A stretch of 64,000 nt of DNA from a virus. Lineage: Duplodnaviria; Caudoviricetes. Below are positions 23,538 to 32,561 of this stretch, piece after piece; positions within the stretch are counted from its first letter, which is position 1; the number at the start of each line of letters is the position of its first letter. Made by a program: the position numbers and the translations under genes. The stretch lies in the IMG/VR virus record IMGVR_UViG_3300011116_001007; one strand, written 5' to 3'. The notes beneath the pieces were generated by a model. It searched no databases. It was not told the origin of the DNA and saw only the letters and a list, made by a program, of their open reading frames with translations.

Positions 23538-23729
23538 TTAGGCCATTTTATCAATGTTTTGCCCTGGACGATTCATGCGACGATTGATTTCGATGCGATG
23601 GGCTTCTTCGACCTGGTGTTGAAATTTTGCTCGAGCAGCTTCTTGTACTTTTTCCTGATGCTGTTGGTCCACGTGTTTTACGTCTTGAAGCCTGTGCAGT
23701 TGATTGTTGTATGCTGTGTCAATTTTCAT
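23538..23729 (-). CDS. hypothetical protein
   Basis: Ends IDKMA; TAAATA just upstream. Confidence 0.65.
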   Translation of the reverse strand: MKIDTAYNNQLHRLQDVKHVDQQHQEKVQEAARAKFQHQVEEAHRIEINRRMNRPGQNIDKMA

Positions 23730-23740
23730 ACTGTTATTTA

Positions 23741-23986
23741 CTAATCCATTGGAACCAGTTTTTTTATATCTTTGTGACGGACCACTATGATGCGGTGAAT
23801 CTTTTGTTCAAATTGAATTGGCAAATCTAAATGTATTGAGATTCGTGGGCCAGTGTTGTCAATCACAGTGTCGTTGCCCACACTGCCCACAAATGGTATT
23901 TTGTTCCAGTGGCCAAACACACGATCGCCGATCCAGTACTTGGGTCGATAGCCAATGCTGTCAAAGTATTCAGTTTGCTTGCCCAT
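23741..23986 (-). CDS. hypothetical protein (SH3-like)
   Basis: YWIGDRVFG..GSVGND pattern. Confidence 0.65.
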   Translation of the reverse strand: MGKQTEYFDSIGYRPKYWIGDRVFGHWNKIPFVGSVGNDTVIDNTGPRISIHLDLPIQFEQKIHRIIVVRHKDIKKLVPMD

Positions 23987-24393
23987 TATTTTGTTCTTTC
24001 GGCAATGTTTTTGTAGCCTGCCCAACTGGGATGAATACCATCAGGTTGTAATCTGTTGATTTCTAAAACAGTATCTCCAAACCCAGCAGCAACTTCCCGT
24101 ATACGGGCTTGTATATCAGGGTTGATAGCCGGCAATATCCAAAATACTCGTTTGGCTCTTACTGCCAATCGTATTCTTGATATTTCTTCTAGAGTTTTTA
24201 CGCCCCGATGATCATTGGATCCCAAGCTGATTATCACTGTTTCGGCCACAAGATTGTTACCTTGATCTTGTTCTAGATATTCTTTGCGCCACTGCCAGCT
24301 GTTGATACCTCCACGAGCATGGGCCACGCATTCGGGTCTGAACTGATGTGTACCTACAGCAATGCTGTCGCCTAAAATCATACAGTCAATCAT
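23986..24393 (-). CDS. SGNH/GDSL hydrolase-like protein
   Basis: GDSIA, SLGSND, DGIHP blocks. Confidence 0.8.
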   Translation of the reverse strand: MIDCMILGDSIAVGTHQFRPECVAHARGGINSWQWRKEYLEQDQGNNLVAETVIISLGSNDHRGVKTLEEISRIRLAVRAKRVFWILPAINPDIQARIREVAAGFGDTVLEINRLQPDGIHPSWAGYKNIAERTK

Positions 24394-24436
24394 GTTGAGT
24401 TGTCCTTTAATACTTATTATAAACAAAAAAGGTTGC

Positions 24437-24691
24437 CTAAGCAACCTTTCTGGTCAAGACCTGCAATGCCTTGGCTCGGGCCACAGCCAGTCTAACTAAC
24501 ACATGGTCAGACAATTCATCTTGATCGTGGTCATGACATTGATCATTGCATGGTATTAGACTGGGACGACGATATGCCACATGAAGATCAATATCGTTAT
24601 ATCCATCATCGTCGCTGTCGTCTATTTCGTCTGGATTACTTCTTTGCAGGCTCAGCTGTTTTTGTTTCGACCTTGGCAGCAGGTGCTTCAC
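24437..24691 (-). CDS. hypothetical protein (start uncertain)
   Basis: Acidic N-part, ..RLAVARAKAL helix. Confidence 0.4.
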   Translation of the reverse strand: MKHLLPRSKQKQLSLQRSNPDEIDDSDDDGYNDIDLHVAYRRPSLIPCNDQCHDHDQDELSDHVLVRLAVARAKALQVLTRKVA

Positions 24692-24866
24692 TTTTGACAG
24701 GCGTTGCCTTGGCTTCTACCTTGCAAGTCTTGTCTTTAGCAGGATCACATTTTGCAGCAGCAGCAGGTGCAGCGGCACTGGCAGCAGGTGCGGCAGTCTT
24801 GGCAGGCTCGGTGGCAAAAGCAGCAGTTGCTACCAAAGTAGCGATAACAGTAGCGATGGTTTTCAT
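24636..24866 (-). CDS. small secreted Ala/Pro/Lys-rich protein
   Basis: Signal peptide ending AFA, one Cys pair. Confidence 0.75.
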   Translation of the reverse strand: MKTIATVIATLVATAAFATEPAKTAAPAASAAAPAAAAKCDPAKDKTCKVEAKATPVKSEAPAAKVETKTAEPAKK

Positions 24867-25049
24867 TTAGAGTTCCTTTAGGTTAATGAAATTTATGCCG
24901 GACATTGTCAGTTCGACGACATGGTGTACTGCGCCTCTCATCACAATTGGATTGTCTCCAATCATAACTGGTGGGAAAATACTGTTCCTGAAACGGTTCG
25001 GTTTTATCCGCTTTTGTTTCATAGTCATCAAGTTGTTTTTTGTCTTGCA

Positions 25050-25086
25050 TACATATATAACGCGGTAGCCCAGCATCACGTTGACA
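25050..25086 (-). promoter_or_regulatory. ECF-like promoter motif, copy 1
   Basis: TGTCAAC-N16-GCGTTATATATGTA, same blocks and spacing as 25739-25775. Confidence 0.55.
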
Positions 25087-25095
25087 CAAGCCAAA

Positions 25096-25117
25096 AAGAA
25101 ACCCGCCAAAGCGGGTT
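25096..25117 (-). terminator. intrinsic terminator after tmRNA
   Basis: AACCCGC-TTTG-GCGGGTT-TCTTTT. Confidence 0.85.
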
Positions 25118-25415
25118 CTGAATTTCTGTTACGAGGTATGTCTTACCCTAAGCGGCGTTTAGGCTGCTAATGCGAACAGTTCGTCGTTTGCGTTTATAGA
25201 TTTTCTTCTTTTTACAAGGTTGCTCTTGTGCTGTCCACTCTGTTACTCTTTACTCTGTCGAAACCAGGGCAGGCCCATCAAAAGAACTATCGACTAACAT
25301 TCCCCCACATACTGCATTTCTGGTGTGGCTAATGCAAAAGTTCTTTTGGTGGACCTGGCGGGAGTCGAACCCGCGTCCAGAACACTTTTCTCTTTGCTTC
25401 ATACAGCAATAACTT
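25118..25415 (-). ncRNA. ssrA: permuted two-piece tmRNA
   Basis: Acceptor piece ending GGTTCGACTCCCGCCAGGTCCACCA (25347) precedes coding piece starting GGGCCTG (25276); G3:U70; tag ANDELFALAA at 25159-25191; hairpin spacer. Confidence 0.95.
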
Positions 25416-25419
25416 TTAT

Positions 25420-25725
25420 TTATCGTTGATAGCAATTACGCTCACGGTAAATCTGACCATCCGGCATCTGAATTTCTCTCCACGCTGTGCAAATGGTCTG
25501 GGGTTGTGGTACAATCACTTGCTCACGTTGAACCACAACTGGTTGTGGCTGGTTAGCATTGGCAATTACTGCTCCAGCAATACCACCAATGATCAATGGG
25601 CCAATCCAGTCATTTCTTTGTTCAACAATAACAGGTCGGTTGTCCCAATGTCGATGATCATGACGCCATTGTGCTTGGGCTGCGGTTGCTGCTAGTAATG
25701 CAATTACCAATAATACTTTTTTCAT
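25420..25725 (-). CDS. secreted protein
   Basis: Signal peptide, Gly zipper GGIAGAVIA, two Cys. Confidence 0.75.
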   Translation of the reverse strand: MKKVLLVIALLAATAAQAQWRHDHRHWDNRPVIVEQRNDWIGPLIIGGIAGAVIANANQPQPVVVQREQVIVPQPQTICTAWREIQMPDGQIYRERNCYQR

Positions 25726-25738
25726 AACTTATCTCCTA

Positions 25739-25775
25739 TACATATATAACGCACAAGATATGCATTTAGTTGACA
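25739..25775 (-). promoter_or_regulatory. ECF-like promoter motif, copy 2
   Basis: TGTCAAC-N16-GCGTTATATATGTA followed by AGGAG RBS. Confidence 0.55.
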
Positions 25776-25967
25776 TCATTGGATAACCAAGTGCCCTGTG
25801 GCATACATAATGGCCATCACCGGCCCTGCGATGTGTTCACCAATTTCATACAACGCCCACACAGTTAGTGCCACTGCCCACCAAGGATTCGATTCTGCTT
25901 TCTTGCCCAACCACATGAAGAAACGTCCATGTGCTTGACCAATTTTGTTTGCTAGTCGTACTATCAT
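25776..25967 (-). CDS. small membrane protein
   Basis: Hydrophobic central helix. Confidence 0.65.
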   Translation of the reverse strand: MIVRLANKIGQAHGRFFMWLGKKAESNPWWAVALTVWALYEIGEHIAGPVMAIMYATGHLVIQ

Positions 25968-25972
25968 CGCAA

Positions 25973-26068
25973 TTACTTGCTGCGCTTACGCACATAGGCC
26001 TTAGCAGCTCGTTTGGCCATGGTTTTCAAGCTCTTGGGTCGCGGGGTTGTTGTTTTACGTGTTGCCAT
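25973..26068 (-). CDS. very basic 31-aa peptide
   Basis: Hand-translated MATRKTTTPRPKSLKTMAKRAAKAYVRKRSK; GAGGT RBS, TAAATA upstream. Confidence 0.65.
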   Translation of the reverse strand: MATRKTTTPRPKSLKTMAKRAAKAYVRKRSK

Positions 26069-26091
26069 AGTGTTACCTCTTAAAAAAATAT

Positions 26092-26481
26092 TTAGCTAAC
26101 TTCTTCATCGTATGGTTGCACCATCCAGCCGATGGCAAACAGATCCTGCCGTATTTCGTCAGTGACCACGCTTTCGCCCACATAGCCTTTGGTTCCGTCA
26201 GCATCACCATTGCCCAGTCCATCTCCTATGCCTGAGCAGTACCAGTCCATGTAATCGCCTTCATTTCGCAAGCGGGAGATCAAGCCGCCGGCACTGCGCC
26301 ATGAGCATGACCAGTATTCATTTTTCAGCAAGGACCATACTTCGTTTTTTTGAAACACATTGTTGCACATGGCTGCATAAAGATTCTGTGCGTAGTTCTC
26401 ACTGTCTCGCACTTTTTGCAACATCCAGGTACATGTTTGAATGTCCTGCTCTAGGTCATAGTCAACTGTGTTTTTTTTCAT
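26092..26481 (-). CDS. hypothetical protein
   Basis: AQNLYAAMCN, WSCSWRSAGG, YMDWYCSG; start moved past the tRNA genes. Confidence 0.75.
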   Translation of the reverse strand: MKKNTVDYDLEQDIQTCTWMLQKVRDSENYAQNLYAAMCNNVFQKNEVWSLLKNEYWSCSWRSAGGLISRLRNEGDYMDWYCSGIGDGLGNGDADGTKGYVGESVVTDEIRQDLFAIGWMVQPYDEEVS

Positions 26482-26486
26482 AAATC

Positions 26487-26561
26487 TGGTCCGGCGTAAC
26501 AGAATCGAACTGCTATTTAGGGAGTAGAAATCCCCTGTATTATCCATTATACGAACGCCAG
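26487..26561 (-). tRNA. trnR: tRNA-Arg(TCT)
   Basis: Cloverleaf, loop TTTCTAC. Confidence 0.92.
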
Positions 26562-26566
26562 TTGTT

Positions 26567-26643
26567 TGGTGGGACCTGAGTGATTCGAACACTCCACCCA
26601 GCGATTATGAGTCGCTTGCTCTAACCTAATGAGCTAAGGTCCC
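26567..26643 (-). tRNA. trnI: tRNA-Ile2(CAT)
   Basis: Resembles enterobacterial ileX (GCGACTCATAATCGC). Confidence 0.88.
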
Positions 26644-26651
26644 TAAGCTAT

Positions 26652-26680
26652 AGTATAGCAGGAAAACTATTTATGGTCAA
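26652..26680 (-). promoter_or_regulatory. sigma70-type promoter
   Basis: TTGACC-N17-TATACT. Confidence 0.75.
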
Positions 26681-26695
26681 TTGATTTTTAGCTCT

Positions 26696-27073
26696 TTATG
26701 TAGTCTTTAGGTATTTCAAAAACCGTTTCAAATCACCGTACAATGCATACATGGTAGCTTCCTGGCTGCCATACATTATTATTTGAGGTTGTTTTTTAGA
26801 CAGCATTTTTTTGCCCATTATGATAAAATATGGACAAGTGAGTTTGTTGTTCAACAATATCAACTGTCCCGGCCCTATTTCAAAATCAGTGTCAAATGAC
26901 CAAGATTCTATTTCCAGTTGGATCATGATTGCGTGTCCTTCCCAACTCAATCGTAACCCACTGTCTTCTCGAATATCTTGCCACCATTCTTTCAAGGCCC
27001 CATCTTCGGTTGGCCGGTCATCATCGGGCAGTTGTCGCAGCAGTTGCCGAGTGTAGTAAAGTTTATTTGACAT
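26696..27073 (-). CDS. hypothetical protein
   Basis: GLRLSWEGH, LTCPYF motifs; packed ORF. Confidence 0.7.
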   Translation of the reverse strand: MSNKLYYTRQLLRQLPDDDRPTEDGALKEWWQDIREDSGLRLSWEGHAIMIQLEIESWSFDTDFEIGPGQLILLNNKLTCPYFIIMGKKMLSKKQPQIIMYGSQEATMYALYGDLKRFLKYLKTT

Positions 27074-27359
27074 CGGGGTATACTTGTGACCCCTGAGTTA
27101 GCAAGACCACCGTGAACTTGTCAGTTTTAAATTGAGTGTTCAGCTTGCGGGACAAATTTTTAGCATGTCCTGGGTTGCTAAAACTTACCTTTTTGTACTT
27201 GGGCCCAGGGTACTGTGTGAGCATGTGACTGGTTTTGAGATTGATGGGTTTGGCATCATAAAACACTGCCCACACTCCTTCACTTGCTAAAACTTGTTCT
27301 GTTTTGTAAGTTACTTTGTTGGTGTGTTCAATCAACACCTGTGGACGTGGCCTGCTCAT
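27063..27359 (-). CDS. hypothetical protein
   Basis: MSRPRPQVL..KYKKVSFSNPGHA. Confidence 0.75.
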   Translation of the reverse strand: MSRPRPQVLIEHTNKVTYKTEQVLASEGVWAVFYDAKPINLKTSHMLTQYPGPKYKKVSFSNPGHAKNLSRKLNTQFKTDKFTVVLLTQGSQVYPDVK

Positions 27360-27379
27360 AGCATTATTTATCACATAAT

Positions 27380-27592
27380 CTATGTAGATTTAAAACTTCC
27401 ACCATCAAGTTCTATCGAAACAGCTTCGTTTTTGCCAGCAGCAGGAGATCGCATGGCGTCCAAAGTCAGCAGCAGTTTGGTTATGTCTGCATGCAGATCT
27501 TTGGCATCTCTCATGGTCATAGTGAAATCACGTTGATTGCGTGATTCGTGTGCTTTGATACTGTCTACAAAACGATTTATGTGCAAGCTCAT
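27380..27592 (-). CDS. hypothetical protein
   Basis: Packed ORF ending DGGSF. Confidence 0.7.
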   Translation of the reverse strand: MSLHINRFVDSIKAHESRNQRDFTMTMRDAKDLHADITKLLLTLDAMRSPAAGKNEAVSIELDGGSFKST

Positions 27593-27593
27593 A

Positions 27594-27956
27594 CTAGTTC
27601 TTTCTCAAAAATTGTTCTAGTTCGGGTGGTTTCCAACCGTCAGGCTTGAGCACTTTGCCATCTTCACGTTTGCGTACTTTGCCGGAGTCATGATCAATTT
27701 TGGCAAAGTTACTACGCATGACTTCGATCCAGGCGCGCTCGCCATCAGCACCCATGCTGTGTATGGCACCAATTGTGACAACCAGGATGTCAATCAAGGC
27801 ATCCAGTGTGTCTACATCAGTGTCAGCATCTTGTAGTTCTTCAAACTCTTCTGCAATCAACTCGATGTACATGTCAAATTGTGCTTGATCTCCTGTGACA
27901 CTTTGGTCGCAGGCCAGCATGAATTTTTCTTGGTCTTTAAATACATTGGTAGTCAT
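27594..27956 (-). CDS. MazG-like nucleotide pyrophosphohydrolase
   Basis: EEFEEL, DALID, SNFAK, REDGKVLKP. Confidence 0.9.
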   Translation of the reverse strand: MTTNVFKDQEKFMLACDQSVTGDQAQFDMYIELIAEEFEELQDADTDVDTLDALIDILVVTIGAIHSMGADGERAWIEVMRSNFAKIDHDSGKVRKREDGKVLKPDGWKPPELEQFLRKN

Positions 27957-28396
27957 GGTGTTCCTTTGGCAACAGCTTCTTCTTTGTTGTGATACGGGCC
28001 TTGATAGCTGTATCGTTGTAGTGTGATCAGTTTGGGATTTTGTACCATCTTCCAGGCTCGATGTTTTTTGACATAGTACCATCCGGCAGCAAACCAACTC
28101 TTGCTGTTTTCTTCTTGTGTGAACAACGGCAGTCGATGTTGTATGTCCCACATGGCATTGAATACTTTTTGTCCAGTATCGTATCCGTACACTTGATTTT
28201 CAGGATTGGGTCGGATTTCAACAGCCGGTACAAACTCAATGTCTCGATCCATCATCTTGATGGTCTTGTATTTTTTTACTGTGTTGCTGATTTTAACAGT
28301 ATAACCATCGTCCTGTGCTTCAATTTGCCCAACCTTGAGATTGTCTTTTTTAAGTATCCAATAGCGGTCAGCTATTACTGGCATTGCTAATATCAT
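27953..28396 (-). CDS. hypothetical protein
   Basis: SWFAAGWY, RYSYQGP; GGAG RBS. Confidence 0.7.
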   Translation of the reverse strand: MILAMPVIADRYWILKKDNLKVGQIEAQDDGYTVKISNTVKKYKTIKMMDRDIEFVPAVEIRPNPENQVYGYDTGQKVFNAMWDIQHRLPLFTQEENSKSWFAAGWYYVKKHRAWKMVQNPKLITLQRYSYQGPYHNKEEAVAKGTP

Positions 28397-29390
28397 CTAG
28401 TTCTCCTGTGTATGTTTTGTTCAACCAGCGACCAATACTGTCTGCAGATTCGCTGAGTTTGACCAAATCGTATTTGCCGCAAAATCGCAAGAAGTGTGTG
28501 CCCACTTGGCCTACATCCTTGTGACTGATCTGTTCACGGATGGCTGTGTCTACCAACAGTTTGATCTCATCAGGTTGAGCAGTAAGATCGATCAAGGTGC
28601 GATTGCGTTCGTAATCGTCTAGCACACGATGTTCAGCACCTTCGTGGTCGGTCCAACGTTGGAGCATGAGATTGTTCCAAGAATATCCGCGTTTGTCTCG
28701 ATCAGCAAACGCTTCACGGAGACCAACTTTGTTCTTTGTGCCTTTTTCACGAACTCCTGGATATGCACTAAACACATTGTCTGAGCTGTCGCCACGCATG
28801 CACTTCTCAAACAGCAGCCAGGCTGGATCAGGGATGGTCTTTGGCTGTTTGGTTTTTTTATCTTTGACAGCATTGCCCTTGGCATCAAATATGCCTTCTA
28901 GTGTGATCAGTTCGTCTGTGATGCCATTGAACTGCTGGACATTGGGCGCGATCAGTTGCACAAAATCAGTGTCCGAACTGACCACTATGTGTTCGTCCTG
29001 AGGGTGCAAGGCAATCCATCGCGCAATCACATCATCTGCTTCGGCCTGGGCATGACGTATTACACTGCAATTGGTCTTGTTGCCGAGGTATTGTGTCAGC
29101 TCATCGTAGGTTTCCCAAAACAGCTTGTCTTCCTCAGCTTCGATCTCGGTCATTTTGCCACGTGCCACAGCACGATTGGCCTTGTATGGCTTGTAATGGT
29201 CTTTGCGCCAGCTGCGACCTTCTAGTGCAAATACCACATGATCAGCATCAAATCTGCGAGCCACTTTGTTTACTGCCATCAGTGTCACATGCAATGCAAA
29301 CCCCAGTTTGGTCCACGAGTCTGATGCACGGTGAGCACTGTGCCGTGCTCGGAAAAACATGTTGGCTGTGTCAATCAGTAGGTATTTCAT
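28368..29390 (-). CDS. rnh: T4-type RNase H / 5'-3' exonuclease
   Basis: LIDTAN, YKANR, EADD, SSDTDF, GDSSDNV. Confidence 0.92.
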   Translation of the reverse strand: MKYLLIDTANMFFRARHSAHRASDSWTKLGFALHVTLMAVNKVARRFDADHVVFALEGRSWRKDHYKPYKANRAVARGKMTEIEAEEDKLFWETYDELTQYLGNKTNCSVIRHAQAEADDVIARWIALHPQDEHIVVSSDTDFVQLIAPNVQQFNGITDELITLEGIFDAKGNAVKDKKTKQPKTIPDPAWLLFEKCMRGDSSDNVFSAYPGVREKGTKNKVGLREAFADRDKRGYSWNNLMLQRWTDHEGAEHRVLDDYERNRTLIDLTAQPDEIKLLVDTAIREQISHKDVGQVGTHFLRFCGKYDLVKLSESADSIGRWLNKTYTGELDDISNASNS

Positions 29391-30102
29391 CAAGGTCCAA
29401 TAGTTGGTGCTGTTTGATGTATTGTAACAGATATTTGCCCCAAAAGCAATGGGCTTGTTTGCCAAAATGATAAGATTTTGGATTTACATAGTCAAATCCG
29501 TTGTTTTTGAGCACATGATCGTAGCTTGATTGGGCATTGTATGGATCTAAATAACAGTGGTTCCAAACTTTGGGGTCTTGAGCCAAATCACTGAATGTGC
29601 TGTTGCCATTGAAGAACAGATGCTTTACACCTTTTCTGGAGAGATACTGATGCAATTTCCATGCCATGTCGTGACTGGCTCTGGTGCAGGCACCATAGTC
29701 TATGTCAATGATATATTGACGATATCGCTGTTCCAGTTCAGCTGGCACATGATCCACACCTGATGCATTCACTTGATACCATGTGCCATCATGAAACCAT
29801 TCTTGTCTTTCCCAGGTGCTCCATTGTATCAGCATGAATGTATCTGCCAACAGGTCAGGATTGGATTGCACCCATTCAACAGTTGTTCGGTAAATTCGAG
29901 CATTACTACCGCCAGATTGGCTTTGATTGATTCGTTCGCAGCCCAGCAATCGAGCCAGTTCGGCACCAAAACTTACCGCTTCGTTGTCAGGATGTGGATG
30001 CTTTCCTTGTCCCCAGAAGCGACCGTCATCCTCAGCCCAGCCATACGATACTTCAGCTTCGGCGCCAGCTGCGTGGCTGTCGCCATTGATGTACAATATC
30101 AT
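29371..30102 (-). CDS. SGNH-like protein
   Basis: NGDSH, GGSN, QWSTWER, YHFG. Confidence 0.65.
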   Translation of the reverse strand: MILYINGDSHAAGAEAEVSYGWAEDDGRFWGQGKHPHPDNEAVSFGAELARLLGCERINQSQSGGSNARIYRTTVEWVQSNPDLLADTFMLIQWSTWERQEWFHDGTWYQVNASGVDHVPAELEQRYRQYIIDIDYGACTRASHDMAWKLHQYLSRKGVKHLFFNGNSTFSDLAQDPKVWNHCYLDPYNAQSSYDHVLKNNGFDYVNPKSYHFGKQAHCFWGKYLLQYIKQHQLLDLDEIPTD

Positions 30103-30575
30103 TTTTGTGACAACACTTTGTGACTCTCGGCCGCCGCCACACGTCGACGCAGGCTTGAACTAGAGAATGAATGATCACGACCATTAAATACCAGTTCAAT
30201 GCCTCTTCGGGAACCTTCATCTCGACCAGTGAAATCTTTGTCACAATATTCCACACCCAAGATACGTACATCCACAGGCAGGATCAACAACAGGTCAATA
30301 AGATCTTGTTCAGTTTGATACACCACAACTTCGTCTACATAACGACATGCAGCCAATTGTATTTGTCGTTCCACCACGCTCTGTACAGGATGATTTTTGG
30401 TATCCGGGCGATCTATAGTAGGATCAGTCTGCAAGCCTGCAATCAAGTAGTCACAATGATTTTTAGCTTCACTCAGCATGGCAATATGCCCGGCATGCAG
30501 CATGTCAAAAGTTGAGAACGTGATGCCTATGCGCTTGCCTTCAGACTTGAGTTGTTTAATGTGATTGAATATCAT
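30099..30575 (-). CDS. TagD-like cytidylyltransferase
   Basis: TFDMLHAGH (HxGH), FSSSSLR. Confidence 0.9.
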   Translation of the reverse strand: MIFNHIKQLKSEGKRIGITFSTFDMLHAGHIAMLSEAKNHCDYLIAGLQTDPTIDRPDTKNHPVQSVVERQIQLAACRYVDEVVVYQTEQDLIDLLLILPVDVRILGVEYCDKDFTGRDEGSRRGIELVFNGRDHSFSSSSLRRRVAAAESHKVLSQK

Positions 30576-30823
30576 TCTTTGTATATTGGGTTGGGAAATT
30601 CTAGTTCAAAGATGTGATAAGAATTGTATGCACTATCGGTGTCTCTAAGAATCTCTAATGTACGGCTGTACTCAGCTTCTTGCAGTGTCGTATACATACC
30701 TGTGCCAACAGCAGTAGTACCAGTGTTGGTGCCAACAGATAAAATATACAAACTTTTATTGGTTGACATTTTCAACAGTTGGTAGATCTTTATGGTCTTT
30801 GGAGGCGCTAGTCCTTGCATCAA
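30572..30823 (-). CDS. hypothetical protein
   Basis: ATGA-coupled ORF. Confidence 0.55.
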   Translation of the reverse strand: MMQGLAPPKTIKIYQLLKMSTNKSLYILSVGTNTGTTAVGTGMYTTLQEAEYSRTLEILRDTDSAYNSYHIFELEFPNPIYKE

Positions 30824-31230
30824 CTTATCTCGCTGCGGCCATCGCCGATGTTTCTTGACTGTACATACACTCCAGAATTCTTGATAGCTTGTTCTTGTTC
30901 CCAGGTCTCCATGACCACATGTCTACATACATTTTGGAACCAACGGTCCACTATGTCAGAATCGGCATCATCTTTTTTGATCATGTAACCTGCCTTGACC
31001 AATCGCGCCACAAAGATCTCATTCCAGTCTAGTTCGAACGCACCTTGATGCAGGTTGTTGGGATCCACATCCATACGCAACACAGCCACATACGGCTCGT
31101 TGGCTTCGGTAGCCAGTTGTTTAGCAGACTTGGGTTCTTCCCTGGGCGCTCGAACTTTAGGTGCAGCTGGTGCTACTTTTGGCTCAGGTGCCAGTGTTGC
31201 TTTTTTTCGAAAAATATCAAGTAATCCCAT
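30820..31230 (-). CDS. hypothetical protein
   Basis: ELDWN, VDRWF motifs. Confidence 0.7.
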   Translation of the reverse strand: MGLLDIFRKKATLAPEPKVAPAAPKVRAPREEPKSAKQLATEANEPYVAVLRMDVDPNNLHQGAFELDWNEIFVARLVKAGYMIKKDDADSDIVDRWFQNVCRHVVMETWEQEQAIKNSGVYVQSRNIGDGRSEIS

Positions 31231-31231
31231 A

Positions 31232-31705
31232 TCAATCCTCTTTTATTTCCATCCAAGTATGGTCGCCCATGTATTTTACCTGTGCCACATACTCATAATC
31301 TTCTGGCGCGGCGCTACTCCAACCATTTGGCCCAGTAGGCACCAGCAACATTTTTTCTCGCCTTTTCTCCCACACCAACCAATAACATCTACCCATTACC
31401 AGTTTGAATTGGAACTCTGCACCGTGTACCGCATCTGTTATCTCTAATCTGCGTTTGATCTGCTGGGCTTGATCTTCTAGCACATGTACCAAAGCCATTA
31501 TGCGATCATACTCTTGCTGGGCATACATCCTGGCATGATTGATCATGAGATCCTTCTGCTCAGTGACAGGGATCAAATCAAACTTGGGACCACTGCTTTC
31601 AGTAGCATAAGGAGTCACATTCCTGTTTAAGAATGGAACAAGTGCTCCTGTACTGGTGCTATCGTAGCTGTTGCGTCCTTTGATTAGATTTGATTTGTCA
31701 GTCAC
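31232..31705 (-). CDS. DUF2452-like hypothetical protein
   Basis: TPYATE..F..IPV, ARMYAQQEYDRI; GTG start inferred. Confidence 0.6.
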   Translation of the reverse strand: MTDKSNLIKGRNSYDSTSTGALVPFLNRNVTPYATESSGPKFDLIPVTEQKDLMINHARMYAQQEYDRIMALVHVLEDQAQQIKRRLEITDAVHGAEFQFKLVMGRCYWLVWEKRREKMLLVPTGPNGWSSAAPEDYEYVAQVKYMGDHTWMEIKED

Positions 31706-31709
31706 TCTG

Positions 31710-32561
31710 TCAGGTGCCCCATTCGTTTTTAAACAATGGAACTTGTAGTCGGTCACTGTATCGTAATCCATGTTTCATTGCCAACAGTGCTACATTACGA
31801 TTGTTCATTGCATAAACACTTTCTACACCGCCCACTGGCATTAGATAAACGTGTCCTGTAAATCCAGCATTACGATATTCAACAATGGCACGTTCAGCAT
31901 CCACAAAGTCTTGTTCTGTGGCAATAACAAACTTCAAATATGCTGTGCCATACTCTTCATACTCGAATACACATTCAGGTTTGATAGCATCCGACCACAG
32001 CTCTCCGCTGCATGGTAATTTGGCACTCACACTAAATGTAACGTCTCTACAAAAGTCAATATCATCATGATATTTCCATGTATGCAGGTATTGTTTGAAT
32101 TCAGTTGTTAGTTTTTGAGTGCCATTTGTCTCAAATGTAATTTCTTTAAGACCTTTCATCTTGGGATGTTTCAGCAAGTCTGGAAATTGTTTCTGCCATC
32201 CCAGCAATGGTTCGCCTCCGGTGATAACCAAATGCTCATCGCGCCACTCGCCATGCGGAAGTATTTCTATAATACGTTCTACAATGGCATCTGTAGTCAG
32301 CATTGGACTTAGGTCTTTGAAACGTGGATCCCAGCTGGCGTAACTGTCACAGCCTGTGCTTACTAATGGCAATTCATTGTATGTACGAAATTTTGTAGGA
32401 TCAATGAATTCTGCTTCATCACTCAATTTTCCGCGTGGCATTCCAAAGCCTGCACATTTAAAGTTGCAGCCAAATGTACGTAAGAACACACTGGGCACAC
32501 CCATGTAGCGGCCTTCGCCTTGTATGCTGTAGAATAGTTCTGCTATTTTAATTTTGCTCAT
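31710..32561 (-). CDS. queE: 7-carboxy-7-deazaguanine synthase (radical SAM)
   Basis: ELFYSIQGEG, FLRTFGCNFKC..CD with insertion, TGGEP, ETNG. Confidence 0.92.
   Translation of the reverse strand: MSKIKIAELFYSIQGEGRYMGVPSVFLRTFGCNFKCAGFGMPRGKLSDEAEFIDPTKFRTYNELPLVSTGCDSYASWDPRFKDLSPMLTTDAIVERIIEILPHGEWRDEHLVITGGEPLLGWQKQFPDLLKHPKMKGLKEITFETNGTQKLTTEFKQYLHTWKYHDDIDFCRDVTFSVSAKLPCSGELWSDAIKPECVFEYEEYGTAYLKFVIATEQDFVDAERAIVEYRNAGFTGHVYLMPVGGVESVYAMNNRNVALLAMKHGLRYSDRLQVPLFKNEWGT

Noticed and set aside
11918-26643. CRISPR array among the repeated elements
   Set aside because: Repeats are inverted-arm or structured units at irregular distances, with no constant repeat-spacer period and no cas gene
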